Shown here piece after piece: positions 19,743-29,889 of a DNA stretch of 64,000 bases. The position numbers and the translations under genes were made by a program. Positions within the stretch are counted from its first letter, which is position 1. Each line of letters begins with the position of its first letter. The stretch comes from Methylobacillus sp. (GTDB taxonomy: Bacteria > Pseudomonadota > Gammaproteobacteria > Burkholderiales > Methylophilaceae), in NCBI GenBank assembly GCA_018607785.1, contig JABBAU010000026.1:10749-74748 (forward strand), written 5' to 3'. The notes beneath the pieces are model-generated. The model searched no databases and was not told where the DNA came from. It saw only the letters and a program-made list of their open reading frames with translations.

Positions 19743-20042
19743 ATGTGGTATGCCATTTTAAGTAAAGATGTGCCAAATAGTCTTGCGTTGAGACTTAAAG
19801 AAAGAGGCGCTCATCGCAAAAGATTAAATGCACTTAAAAATGAAGGAAGACTGTTTCTTGCTGGCCCATTCCCTTCAACGGATTCAGAAGATCCTGGCGA
19901 GGAAGGCTTTTCAGGAAGTTTGATTGTTGCTGAATTTAATTCTCTCCAAGATGCTGTTGATTGGGCTGATAAAGATCCATACAACTTGGCAGGTGTTTAT
20001 GAAAATTTCGAAGTGAAACCTTTTATTAAAGTCTTACCCTAA
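19743..20042 (+). CDS. yciI: YciI-like protein
   Basis: 99 aa. Collinear with E. coli YciI as recalled (AHRKRL...EGRLFLAGPFPS...GFSGSLIVAEF...DPY...GVYE...VKPF). Confidence 0.85.
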   Translation: MWYAILSKDVPNSLALRLKERGAHRKRLNALKNEGRLFLAGPFPSTDSEDPGEEGFSGSLIVAEFNSLQDAVDWADKDPYNLAGVYENFEVKPFIKVLP

Positions 20043-20050
20043 CAAAAATT

Positions 20051-20308
20051 ATGACTGAGGATATTATTAAAAAAAGATTAGCGTTTTTAAATCCTACCCA
20101 ATTTAAGCTTGAAAATGAAAGTGAACTTCATCGAGGGCATAAAGGCAACAATGGTGGGGAACATTTTAATTTATATATTGTGAGTGATTCATTCGAAGAT
20201 AAAAATACAATGGAGCGACATAGACTAATTTATAAAGCACTTGAGGATCTTATTCCAGAAACAATTCATGCCTTAAGCATAAAAACATTTGCCCCAACCG
20301 AGCTATAA
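20051..20308 (+). CDS. BolA family protein
   Basis: 85 aa. BolA-type pattern (ENESELHRGH...HFNLYIVSDSF...RHRLIYKAL...IHALSIKT). Confidence 0.85.
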   Translation: MTEDIIKKRLAFLNPTQFKLENESELHRGHKGNNGGEHFNLYIVSDSFEDKNTMERHRLIYKALEDLIPETIHALSIKTFAPTEL

Positions 20309-20317
20309 TTCCTTGTA

Positions 20318-20338
20318 TTGAGAATGATTCTCATTTAA
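20318..20338 (+). promoter_or_regulatory. Putative Fur box in front of feoAB
   Basis: GAGAATGATTCTCATTTAA (20320-20338) matches the E. coli Fur consensus GATAATGATAATCATTATC at 13 of 19 positions. It contains the inverted repeat GAGAAT-n-ATTCTC. A perfect TATAAT hexamer lies at 20304-20309, overlapping the bolA stop. The feoA ATG is at 20349. Confidence 0.55.
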
Positions 20339-20348
20339 AATTAATGCC

Positions 20349-20573
20349 ATGACTTTATCAGAATTAACAGTAGGTAGAAATGCAATCATTGAAGGGTTTA
20401 CAAAAAATACTTCTTACAATGATAGGTTAATCGCATTGGGCGTTAAAAAAAATAAGGGGGTAAAAGTAATAAGAAAATCAAAATTTAATGGCCCACTTCA
20501 TATAGAAATTGGAACTACACAACTAATGCTTAGAAATCTAGTTGCAAAACAAATAAAAATATCTCACTTATAA
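20349..20573 (+). CDS. feoA: Ferrous iron transport protein A (FeoA domain)
   Basis: 74-aa SH3-like small protein directly upstream of feoB. Confidence 0.85.
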   Translation: MTLSELTVGRNAIIEGFTKNTSYNDRLIALGVKKNKGVKVIRKSKFNGPLHIEIGTTQLMLRNLVAKQIKISHL

Positions 20574-20586
20574 AATAATCGTTTAA

Positions 20587-22344
20587 ATGAAAAAAACAGT
20601 TCTTATAGGAATGCCTAACACAGGCAAATCTACCTTTTTTAATAAAATTAGTGGGGCTTCAGCGAAAGTAGGTAATTGGCCAGGAATTACTGTTGATTTA
20701 ACCAGCATCAAAACGCTCATAAATGGCGAAATGACTGAGCTTATTGACTTACCAGGGATATATAATCTAAATGGTTATTCAGAAGATGAAGAAGTTGTAA
20801 TAAATTTTATTGAGAACAATAAAATTGACCATGTTTTTTTTATTATGAATGCCACACAAATTGACAGGCAACTTCCTTTAGCAATAAACATTCAAAAACT
20901 TGGAATTCCAACAACTATATTAGCCAATATGATTGATGAAGCAAAGTCATTAGGTATTACATTCGACTTTGAACTGATGGGTAAATTAATAGGTTGCCCT
21001 GTGCTACCAATAAGCGCTAAATTTGGTCAAGGGTTTGATGAAATAAACAAAAAAGTTAATAGACCAAAAAAACAAAAAATAAATCTAAAATCTGCTGACG
21101 AACAGTCTTTATCTCAAAAAGTTTTTGACAAAACTGTGACCATGCCCATTGTCTTGAATGACAACAAAACTAGATTTTTAGATAGTATTTTTCTTCACCC
21201 AATTTTTGGTGTTCCAATTTTTTTATTGATTATTTTTAGCTTGTTTCAATTTATCTATACTTTAGGGGCACCCATTCAGGAATATATGGGTGATTTTTTC
21301 AGTTACCTGCAAATAAACTTCCTGCAAAGTTTATTTGATGGTTCACCAGATATGTTGAAAAGTTTTTTATTGGATGGCTTATATGCCGGCTTTACCACAG
21401 TGGCTGCATTTGTACCAATAATCATTATTTTTTTCTTTGTGATGACAATCGTCGAGGATAGCGGTTACTTTTCAAGGGCCGCGTTTTTAATGGATAAATT
21501 AATGGAAAAAATGGGGCTTGATGGAAGAGGTTTTGTAATGATGCTTATGGGTTATGGTTGTAATGTGCCGGCGCTCATGGGAACAAAAATTATGCGTAAT
21601 AAGAATTTAAGGTTTTTAACTATGTTAACTATCCCCTTCTCCCTCTGCTCGGCAAGGCTTCAAGTTTTTTTATTTCTTACTTTGGCATTTTTAACATCAT
21701 TCTATGGTGCATTAACCTTATTTTTTTTATACCTACTTAGCTTCTTTACTATTTTTTTAACTGCGATAATTTTTAAAAAAAAGTATAAAAATGAGGAACC
21801 AATGATTCTTGAGCTGCCCCCTTACCGTTTTCCAACAATTTCTCACATTTTTAAAAGAGGTAATCAGGAAGTGTTTAATTTTTTAAGTCGAGCAACCAAA
21901 TTTATCATCTTAGGTGTGGTATCAGTTTGGTTGCTTACCTACTTCCCGAGTGAGTATGCTGTTGCAAGTGAGAATACCTATGCAGGAAGGATAGGTAGCT
22001 TTTTTGAACCCATTTTCAGTCCAATTGGTATCGATCAGATGTTAATAGTTGCTTTGATGTTTGGATTCATTGCTAAAGAAATACTCATTGGGGCACTGGC
22101 TGTAATATTTGGTCTTGAAGGTATTGAACTTGGGAGTCACTTGAAAGAAATTTTTAGTAATGGTCAAGCTATTAGTTTTATGATTTTTACCTTAATTTAT
22201 ACGCCTTGTGTTTCTACGATAGCTACTATAAAAAATGAATCTAAAAGCTGGAGGCTGACATTAGAGTCTATTGTTTGGTCATTATTTCTTGCATGGATAG
22301 CAAGCTTTATCTTTTATCAAAGCTATGAATATTTTGTAAAATAA
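20587..22344 (+). CDS. feoB: Ferrous iron transporter FeoB (short form)
   Basis: 585 aa. N-terminal G-domain (GMPNTGKST, DLPG) followed by a polytopic membrane domain with gate motifs. No feoC is seen. Confidence 0.95.
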   Translation: MKKTVLIGMPNTGKSTFFNKISGASAKVGNWPGITVDLTSIKTLINGEMTELIDLPGIYNLNGYSEDEEVVINFIENNKIDHVFFIMNATQIDRQLPLAINIQKLGIPTTILANMIDEAKSLGITFDFELMGKLIGCPVLPISAKFGQGFDEINKKVNRPKKQKINLKSADEQSLSQKVFDKTVTMPIVLNDNKTRFLDSIFLHPIFGVPIFLLIIFSLFQFIYTLGAPIQEYMGDFFSYLQINFLQSLFDGSPDMLKSFLLDGLYAGFTTVAAFVPIIIIFFFVMTIVEDSGYFSRAAFLMDKLMEKMGLDGRGFVMMLMGYGCNVPALMGTKIMRNKNLRFLTMLTIPFSLCSARLQVFLFLTLAFLTSFYGALTLFFLYLLSFFTIFLTAIIFKKKYKNEEPMILELPPYRFPTISHIFKRGNQEVFNFLSRATKFIILGVVSVWLLTYFPSEYAVASENTYAGRIGSFFEPIFSPIGIDQMLIVALMFGFIAKEILIGALAVIFGLEGIELGSHLKEIFSNGQAISFMIFTLIYTPCVSTIATIKNESKSWRLTLESIVWSLFLAWIASFIFYQSYEYFVK

Positions 22345-22423
22345 AATGAATTATTAGTGTTATTTTGGAAAGTCATTTATTATTCATTAAAGTAAATTTA
22401 TGTAATCATTTATCATCATTGAG

Positions 22424-25400
22424 ATGCAAAAAAATCAAATTAAATTCTTTTTAGGTAGCGAAATATACTCACAATTTCGAAAACAAGCACTCGAAAAAAA
22501 AATAAAAAATCTAAATCCTGAAATACTATCAATTGAGTCTATCTATTCCTATGTTATCGAGTCAAGTGAAACACTTTCATCAATAATTCAGGAAAAGCTT
22601 GAAAAAATTCTTGATTGTGAACCAAACAAATTTTCAGACTTCAAAATTAAAAATAGTTTGTTTGTTGGGCCAAGAGTTGGAACAATTTCGCCATGGAGTT
22701 CAAGAGCAACAGACATTATTAAAAATTGTGGGATAGATATATTAAGAGCTGAAAAACTTAGTTTTTATTGCTTTAATACCAAATCTAATAAGGAAATTAC
22801 AAATAAAAACTTATTAGAAATAGGTCATCTTATATATGACCAAATGACTGAATCATTATTTTTAGATAAACAAAATATTAAAGAACTTTTTTCACATGAA
22901 AAACCATCAAGAATAACTCATATCGATATTTTACAATTTGGAATTAAAGCGCTTGAAGAGTTTAATTTATCTCAAGGCCTTGCAATGTCAAATGAGGAGA
23001 TAATTTATCTATACGAATACTTTAGCTCAGAAAAAAGAAATCCTACTGATGCTGAGCTTATGATGTTTGCCCAAGCTAATTCTGAACATTGTAGACATAA
23101 AATTTTTAATGCCGATTGGGTCATTGATGATAATGCTCAAGAAAGATCATTATTTAAGATGATTAAAAATACACATGAGGTATCACCCCATAAGACAGTT
23201 GTGGCCTATTCTGATAACTCTTCAATTATTGAAGGTTCTAAAATTAAAAGGTTTTACCCAAATGAAAAAGATTTATTTAAAGAAAATTTAGAGCTTACCC
23301 ACTATCTAATGAAAGTAGAAACCCATAATCATCCAACGGCAATATCACCTTTTCCTGGAGCTGCAACAGGTGCAGGGGGAGAAATAAGAGATGAAGGGGC
23401 AACTGGAAGAGGTTCAAAACCTAAAGCGGGTTTATCAGGCTTTTCAGTTTCAAATCTTAATATTCCTAACTTTGTTCAAGTATGGGAGAAAAATTATATT
23501 GGCTTACCCAAAAGAATAGCTTCGCCATTAAAAATTATGATTGATGGCCCTATTGGAGCAGCCTCCTACAATAATGAATTTGGAAGACCTAACATTTTAG
23601 GTTACTTTCGTACACTAGAAACTAATCATAATGGTAAAAATATTGGGTACCACAAACCCATTATGCTCGCCGGTGGAGTTGGTAATATCAGTGACAGCCA
23701 TACACACAAAAAACCTTTATCTGAGGATAACATTCTAATTCAACTTGGAGGCCCAGCAATGCTAATTGGGCTGGGTGGGGGTGCTGCATCAAGTATGAAT
23801 ACGGGATCAAATCAAGAAAATCTTGATTTTGCATCTGTTCAGAGAGGTAACCCAGAATTACAAAGAAGAGCTCAGGAAGTAATTGATGCTTGCTGGCAAT
23901 TAGGATCTAGGAACCCTATCTTGAGTATTCACGATGTAGGTGCAGGTGGTCTATCAAATGCTTTCCCAGAGCTAATTCATGATGGTGGTGTTGGTGCATT
24001 AATGGATATCCGGAATATCAACAATGAAGAATTGTCTATGTCACCAAAAGAAATTTGGTCAAACGAGGCTCAAGAAAGGTATGTCTTAGCAATCAAGGAA
24101 GAGGATGTTGATCGTTTTATTAAGCTCTGTCAAAAGGAGCGCTGCCCTTTTGCAATTATTGGAAAAACTAAAAAACAAAAAAAACTTACCGTATCTGACT
24201 CTCTTTTAAATGAAGACGTTATAAATATGAACCTTGATGTACTTCTTGGAAAACCACCCAAACTAAATAAAATTATTAAAACACCAGAAAATAACATTTC
24301 AAAAGAATCGGGAGTTTATGAGGATAATCTTCTTCAAAATATTACAAATGTTCTTCATTTTCCAAGTGTCGCAAGTAAAAACTTTTTAATCACCATTGCA
24401 GATCGATCAGTCACTGGTTTGGTTTCAAGAGACCAAATGGTTGGTCCATGGCAGGTACCTGTATCAAATGTTGGGGTCACAAAAAGTACATTTAATTCTA
24501 ATACAGGTGAAGCAATGGCGATTGGAGAAAAAGCACCCATTGCAATTACAAACGCAGCTGCATCGGCAAGGATGGCTGTCTCTGAAGCAATAACTAATAT
24601 TGCAGCAAGTGCAATTAAGAACATCAGCCTAATTAAACTATCAGCTAATTGGATGGCTGCTTCAGGAGATAACGATAGGGATTATGAACTCTTTGAAGCT
24701 GTTAAAGCTGTTGGTATGGATTTATGCCCGAAACTAGGGATAAGCATTCCTGTTGGGAAGGATTCAATGTCAATGCAAACTACTTGGGAAGAAGGTAATT
24801 TAAAATCTGTTGAATCCCCACTTTCACTCATCGTTTCAGCTTTTTCTGAAACGTATGATGTAAACAAGACACTTACCCCAGAAATACATTCAATAGAAAA
24901 GAGCTCATTGATACTAATTGACCTTGGTAATGGCAAAAATAGAATGGGAGGTTCCAGTTTTAATGCTGTTCACCATATATATGAAGATGAAGTTCCAGAC
25001 TTAGATGATGCAAAGCTGATTAAAAGTTTTTTTGAAGGAATACAGCACTTAAATAAAAAAAATAAAATTCTTGCCTACCATGACCGTTCTGATGGAGGAT
25101 TAATAACCACAATACTTGAAATGGCTTTTGCAGGTCACTGCGGTATTGATCTAAATTTAAATAAAGATGATGAAAGTATCAAATTTTTATTTAATGAAGA
25201 ACTTGGTGCAGTCATTCAAGTTGCAAATAATGATGTTGCTGAAGTTTTAAATTATTTCAATGAAAATTTAATGCTTTTAGCTAGAGTTGTAGGAGCTCCT
25301 AACAAGGATCATTCTATAAATATTATAAAAGACTCGAAATTAATCTTAACAAACTCGCGAGGTAAATTACAGCAAGCTTGGGCAGAAACTAGTTATAGAA

Positions 25401-26293
25401 TTCAATCAATTCGTGATAATCCAAAAACTGCAAAAGAGGAGTTTGATCTAATTCTTAATGATCAGTATGAAGGAATTCAGTCCAAAATCAACTTTGATAT
25501 TCCAAAATCTGTAAACATTAAAAAAACAAAACCAAAAATTGCAATTTTAAGAGAGCAAGGTGTAAACGGCCAAAGTGAAATGGCAGCAGCTTTCAACTAT
25601 GCAGGTTTTGATGCCTTCGATGTTCACATGTCTGAAATAAATAATGGAGATAAAAAATTAAGTGACTTTGAGGGATTAGCTGCTTGTGGGGGGTTTTCTT
25701 ATGGTGATGTCTTGGGTGCAGGAAGAGGTTGGGCAAGTTCAATACTATTTAACTCTAAAGTACGTGAAGAATTCCAACAATTTTTTGAAAGAGATAATAC
25801 AATTGCTTTGGGAGTTTGTAATGGTTGTCAGATGATGAGCCAGATAAAAGAAATTATTCCCGGCACTGATCTATGGCCAAATTTTATTCAAAACGAATCT
25901 GAGCAATTTGAAGCAAGATTTTTAACAGTTGAAGTTAAAAAAAATAATTCTTTATTTTTTGACGAGATGATGGGGAGTATTATTCCTATAGTTGTATCTC
26001 ATGGGGAAGGGAGATCAAACTTTTCTGAGGGTAAATTAGGACAGATTCTAAAAAATAATCAAGTAACTTTGGCGTTTACTGATATAGATGGAACTTTATC
26101 CTACCCAAATAATCCCAACGGTAGCCCTTCTGGAATCACTGGTGTGTCGAGTGAAAATGGGAGATTTACAATAATGATGCCGCACCCTGAAAGAGTTTTT
26201 AGAACTGATCAAAATTCGTGGCATCCAAATAATTGGGAAGAATTTGGTCCTTGGTATAAAATGTTTGCGAATGCTAATAAACACTTTAATTAA
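22424..26293 (+). CDS. purL: Phosphoribosylformylglycinamidine synthase, large single-chain form
   Basis: 1289 aa. Conserved blocks ANSEHCRHKIF, VETHNHPTAISPFPGAATGAGGEIRD and a C-terminal glutaminase domain (GVCNGCQMM, MPHPER). Confidence 0.97.
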   Translation: MQKNQIKFFLGSEIYSQFRKQALEKKIKNLNPEILSIESIYSYVIESSETLSSIIQEKLEKILDCEPNKFSDFKIKNSLFVGPRVGTISPWSSRATDIIKNCGIDILRAEKLSFYCFNTKSNKEITNKNLLEIGHLIYDQMTESLFLDKQNIKELFSHEKPSRITHIDILQFGIKALEEFNLSQGLAMSNEEIIYLYEYFSSEKRNPTDAELMMFAQANSEHCRHKIFNADWVIDDNAQERSLFKMIKNTHEVSPHKTVVAYSDNSSIIEGSKIKRFYPNEKDLFKENLELTHYLMKVETHNHPTAISPFPGAATGAGGEIRDEGATGRGSKPKAGLSGFSVSNLNIPNFVQVWEKNYIGLPKRIASPLKIMIDGPIGAASYNNEFGRPNILGYFRTLETNHNGKNIGYHKPIMLAGGVGNISDSHTHKKPLSEDNILIQLGGPAMLIGLGGGAASSMNTGSNQENLDFASVQRGNPELQRRAQEVIDACWQLGSRNPILSIHDVGAGGLSNAFPELIHDGGVGALMDIRNINNEELSMSPKEIWSNEAQERYVLAIKEEDVDRFIKLCQKERCPFAIIGKTKKQKKLTVSDSLLNEDVINMNLDVLLGKPPKLNKIIKTPENNISKESGVYEDNLLQNITNVLHFPSVASKNFLITIADRSVTGLVSRDQMVGPWQVPVSNVGVTKSTFNSNTGEAMAIGEKAPIAITNAAASARMAVSEAITNIAASAIKNISLIKLSANWMAASGDNDRDYELFEAVKAVGMDLCPKLGISIPVGKDSMSMQTTWEEGNLKSVESPLSLIVSAFSETYDVNKTLTPEIHSIEKSSLILIDLGNGKNRMGGSSFNAVHHIYEDEVPDLDDAKLIKSFFEGIQHLNKKNKILAYHDRSDGGLITTILEMAFAGHCGIDLNLNKDDESIKFLFNEELGAVIQVANNDVAEVLNYFNENLMLLARVVGAPNKDHSINIIKDSKLILTNSRGKLQQAWAETSYRIQSIRDNPKTAKEEFDLILNDQYEGIQSKINFDIPKSVNIKKTKPKIAILREQGVNGQSEMAAAFNYAGFDAFDVHMSEINNGDKKLSDFEGLAACGGFSYGDVLGAGRGWASSILFNSKVREEFQQFFERDNTIALGVCNGCQMMSQIKEIIPGTDLWPNFIQNESEQFEARFLTVEVKKNNSLFFDEMMGSIIPIVVSHGEGRSNFSEGKLGQILKNNQVTLAFTDIDGTLSYPNNPNGSPSGITGVSSENGRFTIMMPHPERVFRTDQNSWHPNNWEEFGPWYKMFANANKHFN

Positions 26294-26308
26294 CACATAG
26301 GAATTATT

Positions 26309-26800
26309 ATGAAATCGATGAAATTTTTAGTTGCCTTATCCGCATTATTGTTTTCGTCATTTATTTTTGCACTAAATGATGATCAAGAAATGGAATTTAC
26401 AGGGGCAGTCAATGTTGGTGATATCAAAACTGTGAAGATGTATGTTGAGACCATGAATGTAAATTTGGAAGATTCCTATTTTGCATGGACGCCACTTTTA
26501 ATGGCAGCAGCAAAAAATCAGCAAGAGGTACTTGAATATTTAGTCAAAAAAGGTGCAAATATAAATTATGTTCACCCTGTGACGAGATGGAATGCACTAA
26601 TTCATGCAGCCTTTAATAATAATAAACAGATGGTGTTATTTTTATCGCAAAACGGGATTGATATGCAAAAAAAATTAAAAGGCGATGTGTCGTTAATTTT
26701 TGCAATGAGAGATCAAGGAAACGATGAAATGGCAGAATACCTTCTTTCTCTTGGCGTTTTAGATGATGGATGTAATCCAAAAGAAGATATTTGTTTTTAG
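26309..26800 (+). CDS. Secreted/periplasmic ankyrin-repeat protein (3-4 repeats)
   Basis: 163 aa. N-terminal signal peptide (MKSMKFLVALSALLFSSFIFA). ANK consensus elements (WTPLLMAAAKNQQEVLEYLVKKGANIN; NALIHAAFNNNKQMVLFLSQNGID). C-terminal Cys pair. AGGA lies 8 nt upstream, 15 nt after the purL stop. Confidence 0.85.
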   Translation: MKSMKFLVALSALLFSSFIFALNDDQEMEFTGAVNVGDIKTVKMYVETMNVNLEDSYFAWTPLLMAAAKNQQEVLEYLVKKGANINYVHPVTRWNALIHAAFNNNKQMVLFLSQNGIDMQKKLKGDVSLIFAMRDQGNDEMAEYLLSLGVLDDGCNPKEDICF

Positions 26801-26820
26801 TTAATAAATTGATCAATTTC

Positions 26821-26848
26821 ATAGCGCAGTTAACTGCGCTATTTTTTT
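26821..26848 (+). terminator. Rho-independent terminator after the first ankyrin gene
   Basis: Perfect 9-bp stem atagcgcag/ctgcgctat with loop ttaa, followed by T7 (26842-26848). Confidence 0.8.
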
Positions 26849-26903
26849 ATCTACAAGCCAATAAGGTTCTGATATCATGTAACTTTTCCAAGATTGTAAA
26901 CCC

Positions 26904-28067
26904 ATGAATTTACACGAATATCAATCAAAAAAGCTCCTTGAATCATATAATATTGATATTCCTAATGGGCAAATAATTGAATCACAAATTCCTGAAGAAA
27001 TTAAATCTTGCTTGAGAAATAATAAAACTTTTGTTTTTAAATCTCAAATTCATGCTGGTGGGCGAGGAAAATCAGGAGGAGTAAAGTTAATCAGTAACTT
27101 AACCGATGCCGAAATTTTTATTTCAAATCAATTAGGCTCAAGATTAAAAACCTACCAAAATTTACCAAACGGACAACCAGTAAACAAGATTTTAATCGAA
27201 GAAAAAATTCTTATTAAAAATGAGCTTTACTTTTCATTACTTGTTGATAGACAAACAGAGTCAATCGTCATCCTTTGTTCAACGGAGGGCGGGACTGAAA
27301 TTGAGGATACTGCAAAAAAACATGAAGATCTTCTATTTAAAGAATATATAACGATAGGAAAAAAACCAACAGAACAACAAATTATTAATCTTTCCAATAA
27401 TCTTAAAATACCTTCTGAAGCAGAACAAGATTTTAAAAATTTTGTTCAAAATACTTTTAAGCTATTTATTGAGAAGGATTTATCATTAATTGAAATTAAT
27501 CCTTTAATTCTTTCTAAAAAGAATAAAATTATTGCGCTCGATTGCAAAGTAACATTGGATGATAATGCTCTTTTTAAACATGAAGACCTAAAAAATAGTT
27601 TTGATTGGTCCCAAGTAGATGAGAAAGAAGCAGAAGCCTACGAGGCTGGACTTAACTATATAGCCCTTGAAGGAACAATAGGATGTATGGTCAATGGAGC
27701 AGGTCTTGCAATGGCTACGATGGATTTAATAAAACACTCTGGAGGGTTGCCTGCAAATTTCCTTGATGTTGGCGGTGGCGCATCCTCAGAAACCGTTAGT
27801 AAAGCATTTAAAATACTTTTATCTGATAAAAATGTTCGAGTAGTCCTGGTTAATATTTTTGGTGGAATTATGAGATGTGATGTAATAGCAGATGGGATTG
27901 TTGCTGCAGTAAAAGAAGTTGGTATTAAAATTCCAATTGTAGTAAGGCTTGAGGGAACCAATGTTGAAAAAGGGAAAAAAATCTTAGACGAAAGCAAACT
28001 TAATATCACTTCTGCAAATAATTTGTGTGAAGCAACCAAACAAGCAGTTATCTTTTCAAAGGCCTAA
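26904..28067 (+). CDS. sucC: Succinate--CoA ligase (ADP-forming) beta subunit
   Basis: 387 aa. The [13 protein letters not shown]-terminus is as in E. coli SucC. ATP-grasp and CoA-ligase blocks ([29 protein letters not shown]). Confidence 0.97.
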   Translation: MNLHEYQSKKLLESYNIDIPNGQIIESQIPEEIKSCLRNNKTFVFKSQIHAGGRGKSGGVKLISNLTDAEIFISNQLGSRLKTYQNLPNGQPVNKILIEEKILIKNELYFSLLVDRQTESIVILCSTEGGTEIEDTAKKHEDLLFKEYITIGKKPTEQQIINLSNNLKIPSEAEQDFKNFVQNTFKLFIEKDLSLIEINPLILSKKNKIIALDCKVTLDDNALFKHEDLKNSFDWSQVDEKEAEAYEAGLNYIALEGTIGCMVNGAGLAMATMDLIKHSGGLPANFLDVGGGASSETVSKAFKILLSDKNVRVVLVNIFGGIMRCDVIADGIVAAVKEVGIKIPIVVRLEGTNVEKGKKILDESKLNITSANNLCEATKQAVIFSKA

Positions 28068-28068
28068 T

Positions 28069-28941
28069 TTGTCTATTTTAATAAATAAAAATACAAAAGT
28101 TATCTGCCAGGGTTTTACAGGCCGTCAGGGGACATTCCATAGTGAACAATCTATACAATATGGAACAAATTTAGTTGGAGGTGTTACACCAGGTAAAGGT
28201 GGTCAAAGTCATCTTAACCTTCCTGTATTTAATAGCGTTAAAGAAGCAAAAAAAGAAACAAATGCTGATGCAACGGTTATTTATGTACCCCCAAAATTTG
28301 CTGCTGATTCAATTTTAGAGGCTAGTAATGCAGGAATAAATATCATTGTATGTATAACAGAGGGTATTCCTATACTTGAAATGTTAGAGGTTAAAAAAGA
28401 AATAAAAAAAAATAACTCAATTCTAATTGGTCCTAACTGCCCAGGAATTATTACACCAGATGAATGTAAAATTGGAATTATGCCAGGAAATATTCACAAA
28501 AAAGGTAAAATTGGTATCGTTTCTAAGTCAGGAACATTAACATATGAAGCAGTTCATCAAACATCATCAATTGGATTTGGTCAATCTACGTGTGTTGGAA
28601 TTGGTGGGGACCCTATTAAAGGTATAAACTTTATAGAATGCCTTAGTATGTTCGAAAAAGATCCAAAAACTGAAGGAATTATTCTGGTAGGAGAGATTGG
28701 TGGTTCAGATGAAGAATTAGCTGCAGAATATATTAAAAAAAATATCAAAAAACCTGTAGTTGCTCATATTGCAGGAATTACGGCACCTGCCGGAAAAAGA
28801 ATGGGGCATGCAGGGGCTATTATTTCTGGAAGTACCGGAACCGCAATAAGTAAAATTAATGCTCTCAGCGACGCTGGAGTATTTATTGCTCACTCTCCTG
28901 CTGAAATGGGGGAAGTAATGAAAGAAGCTTTGGGTAACTAA
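28069..28941 (+). CDS. sucD: Succinate--CoA ligase alpha subunit
   Basis: Collinear with E. coli SucD from (M)[17 protein letters not shown] through MGHAGAII (phosphohistidine loop). Start set at TTG 28069, 1 nt after the sucC stop with AAGG upstream. The ORF-track GTG at 28027 would add 14 non-homologous residues inside sucC. Confidence 0.92.
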   Translation: MSILINKNTKVICQGFTGRQGTFHSEQSIQYGTNLVGGVTPGKGGQSHLNLPVFNSVKEAKKETNADATVIYVPPKFAADSILEASNAGINIIVCITEGIPILEMLEVKKEIKKNNSILIGPNCPGIITPDECKIGIMPGNIHKKGKIGIVSKSGTLTYEAVHQTSSIGFGQSTCVGIGGDPIKGINFIECLSMFEKDPKTEGIILVGEIGGSDEELAAEYIKKNIKKPVVAHIAGITAPAGKRMGHAGAIISGSTGTAISKINALSDAGVFIAHSPAEMGEVMKEALGN

Positions 28942-28944
28942 TAA

Positions 28945-29886
28945 ATGAAAGTGATAATAGGTCTTTTTTTGTTTATTTGTTTTTCATTTTCATTTTCAAT
29001 TAAAGCTGAAGACATCCCTTACCTCTTGACAGCTTCATCTAAAGGAGATATCGAATCAGTGAAAGCAATTATTGAAAGTGGAGGTAATGTAAATACTGAG
29101 GATGGAAATAAGGTTTCAGCCCTTATGTATGCCTCAAGAAAAAATCAAGTTGAAGTCGCAAGATATTTAATATCAAAAGGCGCAGAAGTAAATAAACAAG
29201 AGATTGATGGTTGGACTGCACTGATGTATGCGTCAAAAAATAACTATAGTGACATTGTCAAACTCCTTATAGAGAATAATGCTGATTTAAAAATCACTGA
29301 CTCGGATGGTTGGACTGCCTATGGGCTCGCAGCAACTTCAGGAAATTATCAAACATTAGATCTTCTTATAAAAAAAGGAATAGATCCAAATACAAGAAAT
29401 TCATCTTCAACTACGGTACTAATGCTCGCATGTAAAAGTGGTAATGTTAATACTATAAAAGTATTAATTAAAAATGGCGCATCACTAAATCTAAAAGATA
29501 AATTTGGTAAATCTGCACTAGTTTATTGTGTAAACAAAGATCAAATTGAAGCAACAGAATTTCTTTTAATACATCAACCCGAAGTTGACTCACTTGATAA
29601 ATTTGAATGGACACCCCTTATGTGGGCAGTAAAAAAAGATTATTTTGAAATTATAAAATTACTTGTTAAATACAAGGCCAATATAAATCATAAAGATGAT
29701 GAAGGTACCCCTATTATTCAATATGCAGTTGAGAACGAATCTATCGAAGTAGTAAAATTTCTTATTGAAAAAGGTGTAGATATTAATGTTACTGATCAAT
29801 ATGGTCTATCGCCGCTGGTTTATGCACTAAAAACAAAAAATAAAGAAATTGTAGAATTAATTAGATCGGCAGGTGGTGAGTACTGA
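28945..29886 (+). CDS. Secreted/periplasmic ankyrin-repeat protein (about 9 repeats)
   Basis: 313 aa. Signal peptide (MKVIIGLFLFICFSFSFSIKA). About nine 33-aa ANK units (e.g. DGWTALMYASKNNYSDIVKLLIENNADLK). Starts 3 nt after the sucD stop and ends 3 nt before nadE. Confidence 0.9.
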   Translation: MKVIIGLFLFICFSFSFSIKAEDIPYLLTASSKGDIESVKAIIESGGNVNTEDGNKVSALMYASRKNQVEVARYLISKGAEVNKQEIDGWTALMYASKNNYSDIVKLLIENNADLKITDSDGWTAYGLAATSGNYQTLDLLIKKGIDPNTRNSSSTTVLMLACKSGNVNTIKVLIKNGASLNLKDKFGKSALVYCVNKDQIEATEFLLIHQPEVDSLDKFEWTPLMWAVKKDYFEIIKLLVKYKANINHKDDEGTPIIQYAVENESIEVVKFLIEKGVDINVTDQYGLSPLVYALKTKNKEIVELIRSAGGEY

Positions 29887-29889
29887 TAA

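Noticed and set aside
27656-28039. 127-aa antisense ORF inside sucC. Similar long antisense ORFs occur at 34633-34977 (in msbA), 62518-62847 (in ubiH), 24355-24624 and 24682-24936 (in purL), 39646-39921 (in ribB), 44654-44932 (across mnmA/nadC) and 52153-52425 (opposite xseB).
   Set aside because: All lie fully opposite strongly supported, homology-anchored genes. Their translations are low-complexity or hydrophobic with no recognisable motifs, and they lack RBS-like sequences. These are typical shadow ORFs in an AT-rich genome.
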